A DNA stretch of 64,000 nt from Eubacteriales bacterium (GTDB lineage Bacteria; Bacillota; Clostridia; Oscillospirales; CAG-272): NCBI GenBank assembly GCA_034178705.1, contig JAXFQY010000004.1:5987-69986 (forward strand). The letters are read 5' to 3'. Shown here piece after piece: positions 46,241-55,049 of the stretch. Under the pieces are notes generated by a model. That model did no database searches. It had not been told where the DNA came from and saw only the letters and a program-made list of their open reading frames with translations. Made by a program: the position numbers and the translations under genes. Each line of letters opens with the position of its first letter. Positions within the stretch are counted from its first letter, which is position 1.

Positions 46241-47563
46241 TCAAAAGCGATAGCGCCGACCCCGTTTGGAATGCCGCCGGCGTATATAGGCGGAAATCAA
46301 GATATAAAGCACCGTAAAAACAACGGCGGCAATACAGGTAGCACGGAAAAATCGCCCCTTTGACCACTCCTTCACATTTTCGAGCAAATAGAGGAAAGAG
46401 TTCCGTTCCACAGAGTCTCCGGTGATCAGCTCAACCGAACCGAGCTGGGTATCCCCATAGTAAATATTCAGATATCCGGCGGTCTGCCCCTTTTCCACAG
46501 GCGCAGCCAGACTTTCGGAGGAAAGACGGTAGCTTGTGCGGATTTCCTTATCCACGTCCACATCGGTCGGCAGGTAAACGGTCAATCCGTTTTTCGGATA
46601 CAGCAGGACAAAGTCTGTGGTAGCGGAAAGGGTTACGGGTATTTCACACACCGGCTTTTCGAGAGCAATTACCTCACGGTAGCCGAAATTCTCGACTCCG
46701 TAGGTCAGCAGTTTTTTTACTGCGGTCATGGCATAATCGGTTCCGCCGACCGGATCCTCTTCCCCGCCGATAACAACGGCAATGTAGGTCAGTCCGTTAT
46801 GGCTGGCACTGGATGTACAGGTCACGCCGCTTTCATCGGTCGAGCCATAGTTCATCCCGCGCGCATATTCGTAGTAATATTTGGTCTCCTGAAAACGGGA
46901 AACCACACTGTTTTTGTTGTAGATCGTACGGCGGTCGCTTTTGTTGTTTTCCGGAATGATATACTTCACAACACTGGAAATGGCAAGCAGCTGCTCCTCC
47001 TTTGCAAATTCCAGCGCAATCTTCAGGGTGTCGTTTACAGTGGTGACCATCTGCGGCTCATGCATGCCGCCTGGATTGAGATAGAAGGTGTCCTGCATGC
47101 CCAGCTCCTTTGCATAGGCATTCATCCGGTCGACAAACGCCGATACGGTATCGGCAGTCAGACAGGCAAGTGCATAGGCGGCATCATTGGATCCGCGCAG
47201 AAGCATCGCATAGAAAAGTGACTCGATCGAAACTTCCTCTCCCTCCGCAAAACCCGTGCGATACCCCTGCACGCCGTTGATCATCCGTTGGGTAATTGTA
47301 ATTGTTTCCTGCATCCGGTCGGAAAGAGCACGGTAAGCAAGAACTGCCGTCATCAGTTTGACGCTCGACGCAGGGTAAACCGCTTCCTCCGCATGAAGCG
47401 AGTAAAGCACACAGTCATTTTCCACATTGTATAGAACGGCTGCCCGCACAGCGGTCAGCTCCGGCGCTTCTGCAGCAAAAGCAGGAAGAGTAAAAAGAGA
47501 AAGGGAGGGTAAAAAAAGCAGGAGCAAAAGCAGAAGCGCCATACAGCGCAATCCGTTTTTCAC
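46241..47563 (-). CDS. D-alanyl-D-alanine carboxypeptidase (PBP5-type serine peptidase) with C-terminal anchor
   Basis: SxxK (ASSVKLMT), SxN (GSNDAA), signal peptide, and a C-terminal TM helix plus basic tail. Confidence 0.9.
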   Translation of the reverse strand: MKNGLRCMALLLLLLLFLPSLSLFTLPAFAAEAPELTAVRAAVLYNVENDCVLYSLHAEEAVYPASSVKLMTAVLAYRALSDRMQETITITQRMINGVQGYRTGFAEGEEVSIESLFYAMLLRGSNDAAYALACLTADTVSAFVDRMNAYAKELGMQDTFYLNPGGMHEPQMVTTVNDTLKIALEFAKEEQLLAISSVVKYIIPENNKSDRRTIYNKNSVVSRFQETKYYYEYARGMNYGSTDESGVTCTSSASHNGLTYIAVVIGGEEDPVGGTDYAMTAVKKLLTYGVENFGYREVIALEKPVCEIPVTLSATTDFVLLYPKNGLTVYLPTDVDVDKEIRTSYRLSSESLAAPVEKGQTAGYLNIYYGDTQLGSVELITGDSVERNSFLYLLENVKEWSKGRFFRATCIAAVVFTVLYILISAYIRRRHSKRGRRYRF

Positions 47564-48531
47564 GCTTGTTTCCCTCCTTCTGCGTTTTCTTTTTCTTGTC
47601 GGGTTGTCTCCGTCCGATATGCCTCCGCAATATCGGCACGCACGGCGGCGGCAAGCTCTTCTTCGGAAGAAAAGCGATGTTCCTCCCGCAAAAAACGTTC
47701 CAACGATACCCGTACAACCGCGCCGTAAAGATTGCCCGAGAATCCGAGCAAATGAGTTTCCGCATTCGGAATATCTGTTTGGCTGACAGTCGGACGTACC
47801 CCGACGTTCGTCACCGACGGAAAAAAAGAACCTCCGACTTCGGTTCTGCCGGCGTACACGCCGAAGCGCGGCAGCGCAGCACCTTCAAAAAAACTTTGAT
47901 TGACAGTCGGAAAACCCAAGGCAGTACCCAGGTGCTGCCCGGTCACAACCGTAGAAGTGATCGTATACGGACGTCCGAGCATTGCGGCCACCGTTTCGGT
48001 ATCTCCCGCCGCAAGGGCAGCACGGATTGCGGCAGAGCTGACGGTTTTTCCGTTTACCGCGACCGGGGGTACAACGACCGTCGCCGCACCGGCATCCGCA
48101 AGAAGCGAGGAAAGACACTGTGCGTTTCCGGCAGCGCGCTTGCCAAAAGTGAAATTGTATCCGCAAACAGCGAGCCGGCAACTGCATTCCCTGAGAAGAA
48201 TCTCCGAAACGAATTTTTCAGGGGAAAGATCGGCAACATCGGAAAACTCATAGACAAAAGCGTAATACACGCCGAGCGCCGCAAGCCGCTCCAGCTTTTC
48301 CTGAAAGGAAATCAAGCGGGGCTTTCTTTTGACCGGGCAAAGACCTCCGTCCCGAGGCGGAGCAAAAGTCCATGCTGCCGCACAAAGACGACTTTCCCCG
48401 GCATGGGAAAGAAGAGAGCGAAAAAGCGCGGCGTGCCCTACATGAAGACCGTCGAAACAGCCAAGAGCCAAGGCAAATCCCTTCTCCGGGATTTTATCCA
48501 CCTGCTGTCCGGTCACAGTAGAAATGAGCAT
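47560..48531 (-). CDS. ribF: Bifunctional riboflavin kinase / FMN adenylyltransferase
   Basis: ALGCFDGLHVGHAALF nucleotidyltransferase motif. C-terminal riboflavin-kinase region GFPTVN..., ...ETHLLGFSGNLYG. Confidence 0.92.
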   Translation of the reverse strand: MLISTVTGQQVDKIPEKGFALALGCFDGLHVGHAALFRSLLSHAGESRLCAAAWTFAPPRDGGLCPVKRKPRLISFQEKLERLAALGVYYAFVYEFSDVADLSPEKFVSEILLRECSCRLAVCGYNFTFGKRAAGNAQCLSSLLADAGAATVVVPPVAVNGKTVSSAAIRAALAAGDTETVAAMLGRPYTITSTVVTGQHLGTALGFPTVNQSFFEGAALPRFGVYAGRTEVGGSFFPSVTNVGVRPTVSQTDIPNAETHLLGFSGNLYGAVVRVSLERFLREEHRFSSEEELAAAVRADIAEAYRTETTRQEKENAEGGKQA

Positions 48532-48548
48532 GAAGCGATCCTTTCAGA

Positions 48549-48809
48549 TCAAACGTCAAGATAATAGGCAACCAAAACATTCAGCAGCTCGTCCCTGTCG
48601 ATCTTGCGGATAAGGCTGCGGGCATTGTTGTGATTGGTAATGTATGTCGGATCTTCGGAAAGAATATACCCGACCAGTTGATTAATCGGATTATAGCCCT
48701 TCTCCTTCAGCGCCTGATAAACAGTCAGCAGGATACCGCGCATTCCGGACTCATCGTCTCCGCCGATCCGGAAGGTTTGGGTTTTGCTGTTTTCGTTGTT
48801 CTGTAACAT
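48549..48809 (-). CDS. IreB-family regulatory phosphoprotein (UPF0297)
   Basis: [47 protein letters not shown] is the UPF0297/IreB signature. Confidence 0.85.
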   Translation of the reverse strand: MLQNNENSKTQTFRIGGDDESGMRGILLTVYQALKEKGYNPINQLVGYILSEDPTYITNHNNARSLIRKIDRDELLNVLVAYYLDV

Positions 48810-48877
48810 CGTCCGCTTCCTCCCTACCGCGCATCTGCGCGGTTTCTTTCCGATAGTATGAAATATCTATTGTTAAT

Positions 48878-48906
48878 ATTATACCGCATGGTCCCTATCA
48901 ATTCAA
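48878..48906 (-). promoter_or_regulatory. Promoter of the ireB-ribF-... co-directional array
   Basis: Minus-strand TTGAAT (48906-48901), 17 nt, TATAAT (48883-48878). Downstream leader hairpin CCGCGC-AGAT-GCGCGG, then a GGGAGGAAG RBS. Confidence 0.6.
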
Positions 48907-49280
48907 GGGCAATCCGCAGTTTTTCTCCGACTTTTTTACAGCCGGCCTTGCGGCCATCTTATTAGATGTTCATCAATTGTTCGGGCGAAAAATCGACTCT
49001 ACCGATATTCTACCATCCGAAAAATCAGATTGTTTCAACATTTTTACACCTTAGCAGGACATTTCACAAGCATCAAACATCATTCGGCTGTCCTTCGCTG
49101 AAATACAAGATAATTATCAAACTTATAGATCGTTTCCGTTTTATATTCTTTTAAGGATAAAATGTTTTTCAGGATACCGCGCAGCCGAAGCTGAAAAAGC
49201 GGGATTCCGAAAAAACAGCATTTGAATTTTTTCGCAGAGCTGCCCGATCCCCCATACAAGAGAAGTCCGGGCAGGGCGCT

Positions 49281-50510
49281 TTACCGCAGCTCTGCACGGA
49301 AAACCACAGTATGATCCTCCGTCATCTCTGCACGAATGTCTCCTCCGTGGCCCTCGGAAATGCCGCGCGCTACGGAAAGCCCCAATCCAAAACCACCGGA
49401 ATCGGCGCTTCGGGAAGCATCGGTACGGTAAAAACGGTCGAACAATTTAGGAAGATCAGAGGAATTCAGCTTTTCGCATTGATTTTCTGTACGAATGACA
49501 ATTCCCCGCTTCCCTTTTTCCAGAAAAAAAGAAATCGCGGAATCCGGATCGGCATAACGAATTGCATTATCCAGCAAAATGGAAACCAGCTGTCTGACCG
49601 CATATTCGTCCCCTATATACTTCAAACCGGGCACAACGTCGATATTCAGAGAATGTCCTCTCGACACCGAATAATCGCGGAAGGATTCTGCGGTTTCCGA
49701 TACTGCATCACTGACCGCAAACTCGGCAAAATGCAGCGGAGAGTCCTCCTCGTCCATTTTGGAAAGCGACACAAGAGAATTGACCAGTTCTATCAGCCTT
49801 TCTGCCTGGGTCTGAGCCTTATCGATCCACTTATGCTGCCCAACCTCCATCTCCAATACTTTCAGACTGGTCGCGATAACAGTAATCGGTGTTTTCAGTT
49901 CATGGCCGGCATCGGTAATGAACTGCTTCTGACGCTCGTAGGACTTTACGACCGGATCAATTGCGCGTCGGGAAAGCAGAAGCAGAATCAGGTACACAAG
50001 AAAAACACAAACCGTCATGGCAGAAAAAGAAAGCACGGCAACCGTCAGAAGAGAATGCCCCTCACGGTAGCAGTCAAGAAAAACCGCCATCATACGGTTT
50101 TCCCCATGACTTACCACACGATACTTAAAACCGGACAGATACCCGTAGCCCTCTCCACGCTTCAGCGCTACGGAAAGATACTTATCCGTGTCCTCCTCTG
50201 TTACAGAAGCGATACTGTCCAGTTGTGCATTGATCAGTTCCCCTTTTTCGGTAAAACGAAGGACGAAATATCTGGTATCGTACGGTGTCTCCTTTGTGAA
50301 CGGGCCATCCCTTTTTCCTGCCGGCTTTCCGGAAGACGGCAGGGAGGGAATTCTTCCCTGATTTTCAGAAATAAGATCCAGCATATTGGTCAATTCGGAA
50401 TCTACGGACAAAAAATGCGCCACATTAACAATCAGACAAAGAAGGAGCATGACAAGAGTCACGGAGATCACGGAGATCCGAATGAACCTTTTTCGCAGAC
50501 GTTTAATCAT
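49281..50510 (-). CDS. Sensor histidine kinase (two TM helices, HisKA + HATPase_c)
   Basis: H-box FITDAGHELKTPIT, N-box LLDNAIRYA, G-box GGFGLGLSVARG. Start ATG 50510 (MIKRLRKRF) overlaps the RR gene end. Confidence 0.9.
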   Translation of the reverse strand: MIKRLRKRFIRISVISVTLVMLLLCLIVNVAHFLSVDSELTNMLDLISENQGRIPSLPSSGKPAGKRDGPFTKETPYDTRYFVLRFTEKGELINAQLDSIASVTEEDTDKYLSVALKRGEGYGYLSGFKYRVVSHGENRMMAVFLDCYREGHSLLTVAVLSFSAMTVCVFLVYLILLLLSRRAIDPVVKSYERQKQFITDAGHELKTPITVIATSLKVLEMEVGQHKWIDKAQTQAERLIELVNSLVSLSKMDEEDSPLHFAEFAVSDAVSETAESFRDYSVSRGHSLNIDVVPGLKYIGDEYAVRQLVSILLDNAIRYADPDSAISFFLEKGKRGIVIRTENQCEKLNSSDLPKLFDRFYRTDASRSADSGGFGLGLSVARGISEGHGGDIRAEMTEDHTVVFRAELR

Positions 50511-51180
50511 TTTTCTCCTCCAGAACATATCCGAGTCCGCGATTGGCATAGATCGAGACCGCTGATCCGATCGCTCTCAGTTTTTTCCGAAGATTAGAGA
50601 TATGGACCCACACAACATTGATCTCCGCTTCACTGTCCCATCCCCATATCCGTTCCATGATGCGGTCTGCGGAAAAGACGATCCCCGGCGAACGCATAAA
50701 AAGCTCCATTACCTGAAATTCCCGTCCGCTCAAACGGGCGGACTCTTCGCCGCACTCCAGACTTCCGGAAGCGGTGTTCAGGCGAAGATCCCCAAAAGAA
50801 AGAACGATTGGCTTATACTCCCCGCTTCTCCGGAGCATGGCACGGACACGGCAGATCAACTCGTCCGGTTCGAATGGTTTTGGCAGATAATCGTCCGCTC
50901 CGGCATTGAACCCGGTTATCCGATCCTCCTTCTGCGTTTTGGCAGTAAGCATCATAACAGGTGTTTTCACGCCCTCTCCGCGCAGCCGCTGCAAAACTTC
51001 AATGCCGCTCAGTTTCGGCATCATCACATCCAAAATTATGGCATCATATTCTCCGGAAGAGGCGTATTCATACGCCGATAGCCCGTCATTTACCGTGTCA
51101 ACGGAAAACTGGTTTTTTTCAAAAAAAACAGTAAGCGCCTCTGCAAGATCCCTTTCATCCTCCGCAATCAGCAAGCGCAT
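50503..51180 (-). CDS. OmpR/PhoB-family response regulator
   Basis: MRLLIAEDE..., D at ILDVMMP, K at YLPKPF, and a C-terminal winged helix (VHISNLRKKL..RGLGY). Confidence 0.93.
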   Translation of the reverse strand: MRLLIAEDERDLAEALTVFFEKNQFSVDTVNDGLSAYEYASSGEYDAIILDVMMPKLSGIEVLQRLRGEGVKTPVMMLTAKTQKEDRITGFNAGADDYLPKPFEPDELICRVRAMLRRSGEYKPIVLSFGDLRLNTASGSLECGEESARLSGREFQVMELFMRSPGIVFSADRIMERIWGWDSEAEINVVWVHISNLRKKLRAIGSAVSIYANRGLGYVLEEKND

Positions 51181-51364
51181 AAAATCCCTCCTTTTGGCTG
51201 TCTGCCAGCCGTCCTCGAGCTATCTGAATTTATTATTTATTATAATTATAATGAAACAATCTGCGAAAATCAACCGGCACAGCAGATTGATTGCCGCTCT
51301 TCTGTATGCTATTATAATATAATGAGCAGAGTTAAAGGATACCTAAAGAAAAAACTCCTGCAAT

Positions 51365-51382
51365 CTTTAGGTAGACTTTAGG
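51365..51382 (+). promoter_or_regulatory. Direct repeat CTTTAGG-N4-CTTTAGG, candidate response-regulator box
   Basis: Two identical heptamers with an 11-bp period in the divergent TCS / beta-helix intergenic region. They are also part of an imperfect inverted repeat GGATACCTAAAG (51337-51348) / CTTTAGG-AGG-GTATCC (51376-51391). Confidence 0.3.
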
Positions 51383-51426
51383 AGGGTATCCTATGATAAA
51401 CAGGAAGAAAGAAAGGAGTCTCTCAT

Positions 51427-53106
51427 ATGAAAAAGCAAAGAATCTTTTCAAGGAGCGCAGCAGTGCTTCTTGCACTGATTGTCGCTCTGGCATGCCTGCC
51501 TGCGGCATCTGCAGCAGAATACAATACCGCAAATGCAGTTTCTTTACTCTTTTCCGATACCTCCATTACAGCCACAGGAGGCAGTAATACCGGTTACAAG
51601 ATCAACGGTACAAAGCTGACACTTAGTGGGGCAGGCACCTATATTCTTTCCGGCACATGCTCCAACGGCTCTGTTAAGGTAGAAAAAGGAACAACCGATG
51701 TCACACTTGTCCTAAAGGGGCTGTCCCTGACCAGCACCGACACCGCGCCGATTATCTGTGCAAAATCAAGCCATGTGACAATTCTCGCTGAAGCCGGATC
51801 GGTCAATACACTGACCGATACTGCCCAGAACAACGATGAAACCCACCCGGAAAATACCAACGCAGAGAATGCCGTTATCAAATGCAAGGACGGCTCTCAA
51901 GTGACGCTTGGCGGCTCCGGTACCTTGAACCTTGTTGCAAAAGGAAAAAACGGGATTAAATCCGGCGTTACCACCGAAAGCGAGGGAGAAGCTTGGCTTC
52001 TCATCCGGGACCTGAAGTTGAATATCGATGCGGCCGTAAACGACGGAATTAACGCAGAACAGCTGCTCACAATCGAAAGCGGGACCATCACGGTAAGCGC
52101 CATAAGCGACGGAGTTCACTGTGACCTTGTCATGAATATCGGGGCTGCCGATACGGAAGGACCGACAATCACCGTGACAAAGTGCAGCGAAGGATTGGAA
52201 GCGGCAAACCTGAATATTTTCTCCGGGAAAATCACCGTTCATGCACAGGATGACTGCCTGAATGCGGCAAATTCTGATCTCTCCAGATATGCTTTCACGC
52301 TCAATATTTCCGGAGGAACCCTCCTTCTGGATACAACAGGCGGGGATGGCATTGACTCAAACGGAACGCTTACCATTTCCGGAGGAACCACAGTCGTCTG
52401 GACAGCAAGCACTTCCGACAACCAAGCCCTCGACGCCGACGGAGCAATTACCGTCACCGGCGGAACGGTTCTTGCCGCAGGCGGAAGCGCAGGAATGGGC
52501 ATGAGGCTTAGTGCAGGGCAGCCATATGTGTCCTTCGGATCCGCCGCAATGGGGGGATTCGGCGGCGGAGGTCGTCCGAACAAAGGATTCGGCGGTCAGT
52601 CTTCCACAGGCCTTCTCTCCTCCGGAAGCGCCTTTGAGATCCGCGATGCCTCCGGAAATACCGTATACAGCGGAACAGCCGTATATAATGCCAGTTCCAT
52701 CTTCTTCTCTTCCCCCTCGTTGACCTCCGGAAGCAACTATACGCTTTCCTCCGGCGGGAATGAGGTTGCCTCTGCTGCAGCAGGGACAAGCGCGACAGGT
52801 TCCGGAGATCAGCAGCAGCCCATACCCGGCGGGCAACAACCGACCCCAGGTGGGCAACAACCGATCCCAGGCGGACAGCAGCCCTTGCCGGATGACAAAG
52901 AATCCCCTCCGGAAACACAGCCTTCTGTCAGCATGGATTCCGGAAATACAGAAAAAGAGGATTCAGCAGCATCACCCACGGATGCCTCACAAACGGGCAA
53001 CGGGGACAGAGCGCTTTGGATTGCCTTCGGAGTGCTTGCCGTCTGCACCGCAATTGCTATTCTCTTGTTGGGCTTGAATCTGAAAAAGCAGCGGAAGTCC
53101 GATTAA
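51427..53106 (+). CDS. Cthe_2159-like beta-helix carbohydrate-binding surface protein with repeat linker and C-terminal anchor
   Basis: Signal peptide. Repeated pattern ..ITATGG..GTKLTLSGAGTYILSG..VKVEKGT..VTLVLKGLSLTS..APIICAK..VTI.. is typical of the PF14262-type family (from memory). QQPxPGG repeats, then SQTGN + TM + KKQRK tail. Confidence 0.82.
   Translation: MKKQRIFSRSAAVLLALIVALACLPAASAAEYNTANAVSLLFSDTSITATGGSNTGYKINGTKLTLSGAGTYILSGTCSNGSVKVEKGTTDVTLVLKGLSLTSTDTAPIICAKSSHVTILAEAGSVNTLTDTAQNNDETHPENTNAENAVIKCKDGSQVTLGGSGTLNLVAKGKNGIKSGVTTESEGEAWLLIRDLKLNIDAAVNDGINAEQLLTIESGTITVSAISDGVHCDLVMNIGAADTEGPTITVTKCSEGLEAANLNIFSGKITVHAQDDCLNAANSDLSRYAFTLNISGGTLLLDTTGGDGIDSNGTLTISGGTTVVWTASTSDNQALDADGAITVTGGTVLAAGGSAGMGMRLSAGQPYVSFGSAAMGGFGGGGRPNKGFGGQSSTGLLSSGSAFEIRDASGNTVYSGTAVYNASSIFFSSPSLTSGSNYTLSSGGNEVASAAAGTSATGSGDQQQPIPGGQQPTPGGQQPIPGGQQPLPDDKESPPETQPSVSMDSGNTEKEDSAASPTDASQTGNGDRALWIAFGVLAVCTAIAILLLGLNLKKQRKSD
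52813..52890 (+). repeat. In-frame 21-nt tandem repeat (3.7 copies) encoding QQPxPGG
   Basis: cagcagcccatacccggcggg / caacaaccgaccccaggtggg / caacaaccgatcccaggcgga / cagcagcccttgccg. The copies differ mostly at synonymous positions. Confidence 0.85.
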
Positions 53107-53155
53107 ACGTTCAATGCCGAACGGGAAACAGCTCCCTCAACCTATCCCATCAAGG

Positions 53156-53196
53156 AAAAATTCCCTGCAAAAGGATCACCTTTTGCAGGGAATTTT
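53156..53196. terminator. Bidirectional terminator shared by convergent genes
   Basis: Perfect stem AAAATTCCCTGCAAAAGG-ATCA-CCTTTTGCAGGGAATTTT between the beta-helix gene (+) and the acyl-CoA synthetase gene (-). Confidence 0.8.
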
Positions 53197-53334
53197 CTTC
53201 ATCTTCCTTGTGACTGCTTCTGTAATTTATTTCAAAAACCGGCTTTCTTCCGCAGGAGAAGGAAACCCTCTTGTTTAGCCGCATTCGAGGCATTTTTCAT
53301 GCACTTCGGTTTGGTTCTCAAGGAAAAGCAGCCG

Positions 53335-55014
53335 TTATTCACGATTTTCGGGGGCAAAGCGTTTGATTTTCCGTGTACCGGTCTTGAGAAATTCTTCACG
53401 GCGTATTTTTATCCGTTTCAAAGCCTTGAAATACGGGAGCTTGGCATTGACATCCTTCATCAGTTTTTTGCTCCACTCGGCGATTGCATTGTCATACTCC
53501 GGAGTTTCCGGAAGAATTCCCTCCTTTGCCAGCCTTTCCTCCAGAGCGGGATAATCGGGATAAACAGAGGCAACCACGGTAATATCACCGTTCTCCTCCT
53601 CTCCCCAGACCAGCGCATCTGAAACAAGGGGATCCTGCGTGAGATGATACTCGATCTCCTCCGGGAAAATCTTCTTTCCGTTCTGTGTAACAATCATACT
53701 CTTCGTGCGACCGACAATGCTGTAACTGCCGTCGCGGTTCCGATGTGCCATATCGCCCGTCCGGAACCAGCCGTCCTGCAAGACCGCTGCTGTTTCCTCC
53801 GGTTTTTTGTAATAGCCGAGCATCACATTCGGCCCCTTGACGGCGAGTTCGCCGGTTCCGTCCTCATTCTGCTCAATCAGCCGCACGGATACCCCGGAAA
53901 TCGGATATCCGACGCTGTCAAGAGAGCGGTAAAAATCGTTGTGCATGATACAAACGGGAGAGGTTTCGGTCAAGCCGTACCCAACATAGCAGGGGAATCC
54001 GAAGCTCTCCAGTCCGCGGGCCACGGCAGGCGGAAGAGCCGCCGCTCCGCATAGAAACGCCCGCAGCCTGCCCCCGAACGCAGCATTGACTTCCGCGAAT
54101 ATTTTCTTTTTTCCCTCATCTTTTGCAGTAAGGGAAGAAGCTGCCCGCTGAACGGAAAGAAGCAGCTTACCGCCTTTACGGTTTGCGTATTTCTTTTCAA
54201 CGGAGGACAAAAAAGTCTCAAGAATCAGCGGAACCGTCACAAACACCGTCGGACGGAAAAGAACAAACTCCTGCATCAGATGCTTCAGAGAGGTGCAGTA
54301 GGCAATGGACGCCCCGGCATACAGGAAAGCAAGGAAACCGGCACAAGCTTCATAGGTATGATGAAGCGGAAGAACAGACAAACACCGGTCTTCCTCCCCC
54401 AAATAGGTACGGCGCAAAACACCCGTAATGTTGGAGCAGATGTTATACTGCGAAAGCATAACACCTTTGGCAACTCCCGTTGTGCCTGACGTGTAAATCA
54501 GCACAGACAAAGTGTACGGATCAATTCTATGGTTCTCAAGGGTACGATCCCCCTCGCGACGCAGGGATTCACCGCGTTCAAGATATTCCGCGAAACGAGA
54601 AAAGGGGTAGATCGGGATCGTAAGCCCGGCCAGCTTCGGCAACTGTGCATCATCCGCAACAATCGCCAAAATTTCGGACTCTTCTGCAAGAAAGGAAATC
54701 TCCCCTTCCTTCAATTCTCTGTCGAAAGGAACAATTACACCGATGCCGCAGGTAACGGCAAGATAGGTAATTGCCCATTCATAACAATTCTTCCCGATCA
54801 CCGCAATCTTCGCACCGTCAAGCTTCTCCGCAGAGAAGAAAGAGGCAAGAGCAGAAATATCCTCCGCCGCCCGGCGATAGGTAATCTCCTCAGCTTCCTT
54901 TCCCACGCGCCGGAGAAATGCGGTATTCTCCGGAACGCGTTCCGCGGATCCGAAAAACAACTCCCGGAAATCGCGGACATCCCGGATTTCATAAACAAGT
55001 TTTGAATTTTTCAT
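53335..55014 (-). CDS. AMP-dependent long-chain acyl-CoA synthetase/ligase
   Basis: AMP-binding motif LIYTSGTTGVAKGVML, YGLTET, and TGDMA...GR.KS. Start ATG 55014 (MKNSKLVYEI). Confidence 0.9.
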   Translation of the reverse strand: MKNSKLVYEIRDVRDFRELFFGSAERVPENTAFLRRVGKEAEEITYRRAAEDISALASFFSAEKLDGAKIAVIGKNCYEWAITYLAVTCGIGVIVPFDRELKEGEISFLAEESEILAIVADDAQLPKLAGLTIPIYPFSRFAEYLERGESLRREGDRTLENHRIDPYTLSVLIYTSGTTGVAKGVMLSQYNICSNITGVLRRTYLGEEDRCLSVLPLHHTYEACAGFLAFLYAGASIAYCTSLKHLMQEFVLFRPTVFVTVPLILETFLSSVEKKYANRKGGKLLLSVQRAASSLTAKDEGKKKIFAEVNAAFGGRLRAFLCGAAALPPAVARGLESFGFPCYVGYGLTETSPVCIMHNDFYRSLDSVGYPISGVSVRLIEQNEDGTGELAVKGPNVMLGYYKKPEETAAVLQDGWFRTGDMAHRNRDGSYSIVGRTKSMIVTQNGKKIFPEEIEYHLTQDPLVSDALVWGEEENGDITVVASVYPDYPALEERLAKEGILPETPEYDNAIAEWSKKLMKDVNAKLPYFKALKRIKIRREEFLKTGTRKIKRFAPENRE

Positions 55015-55049
55015 GGTTTCCCCCTGTCTTCCCGACGTGCGGGAGCGTT

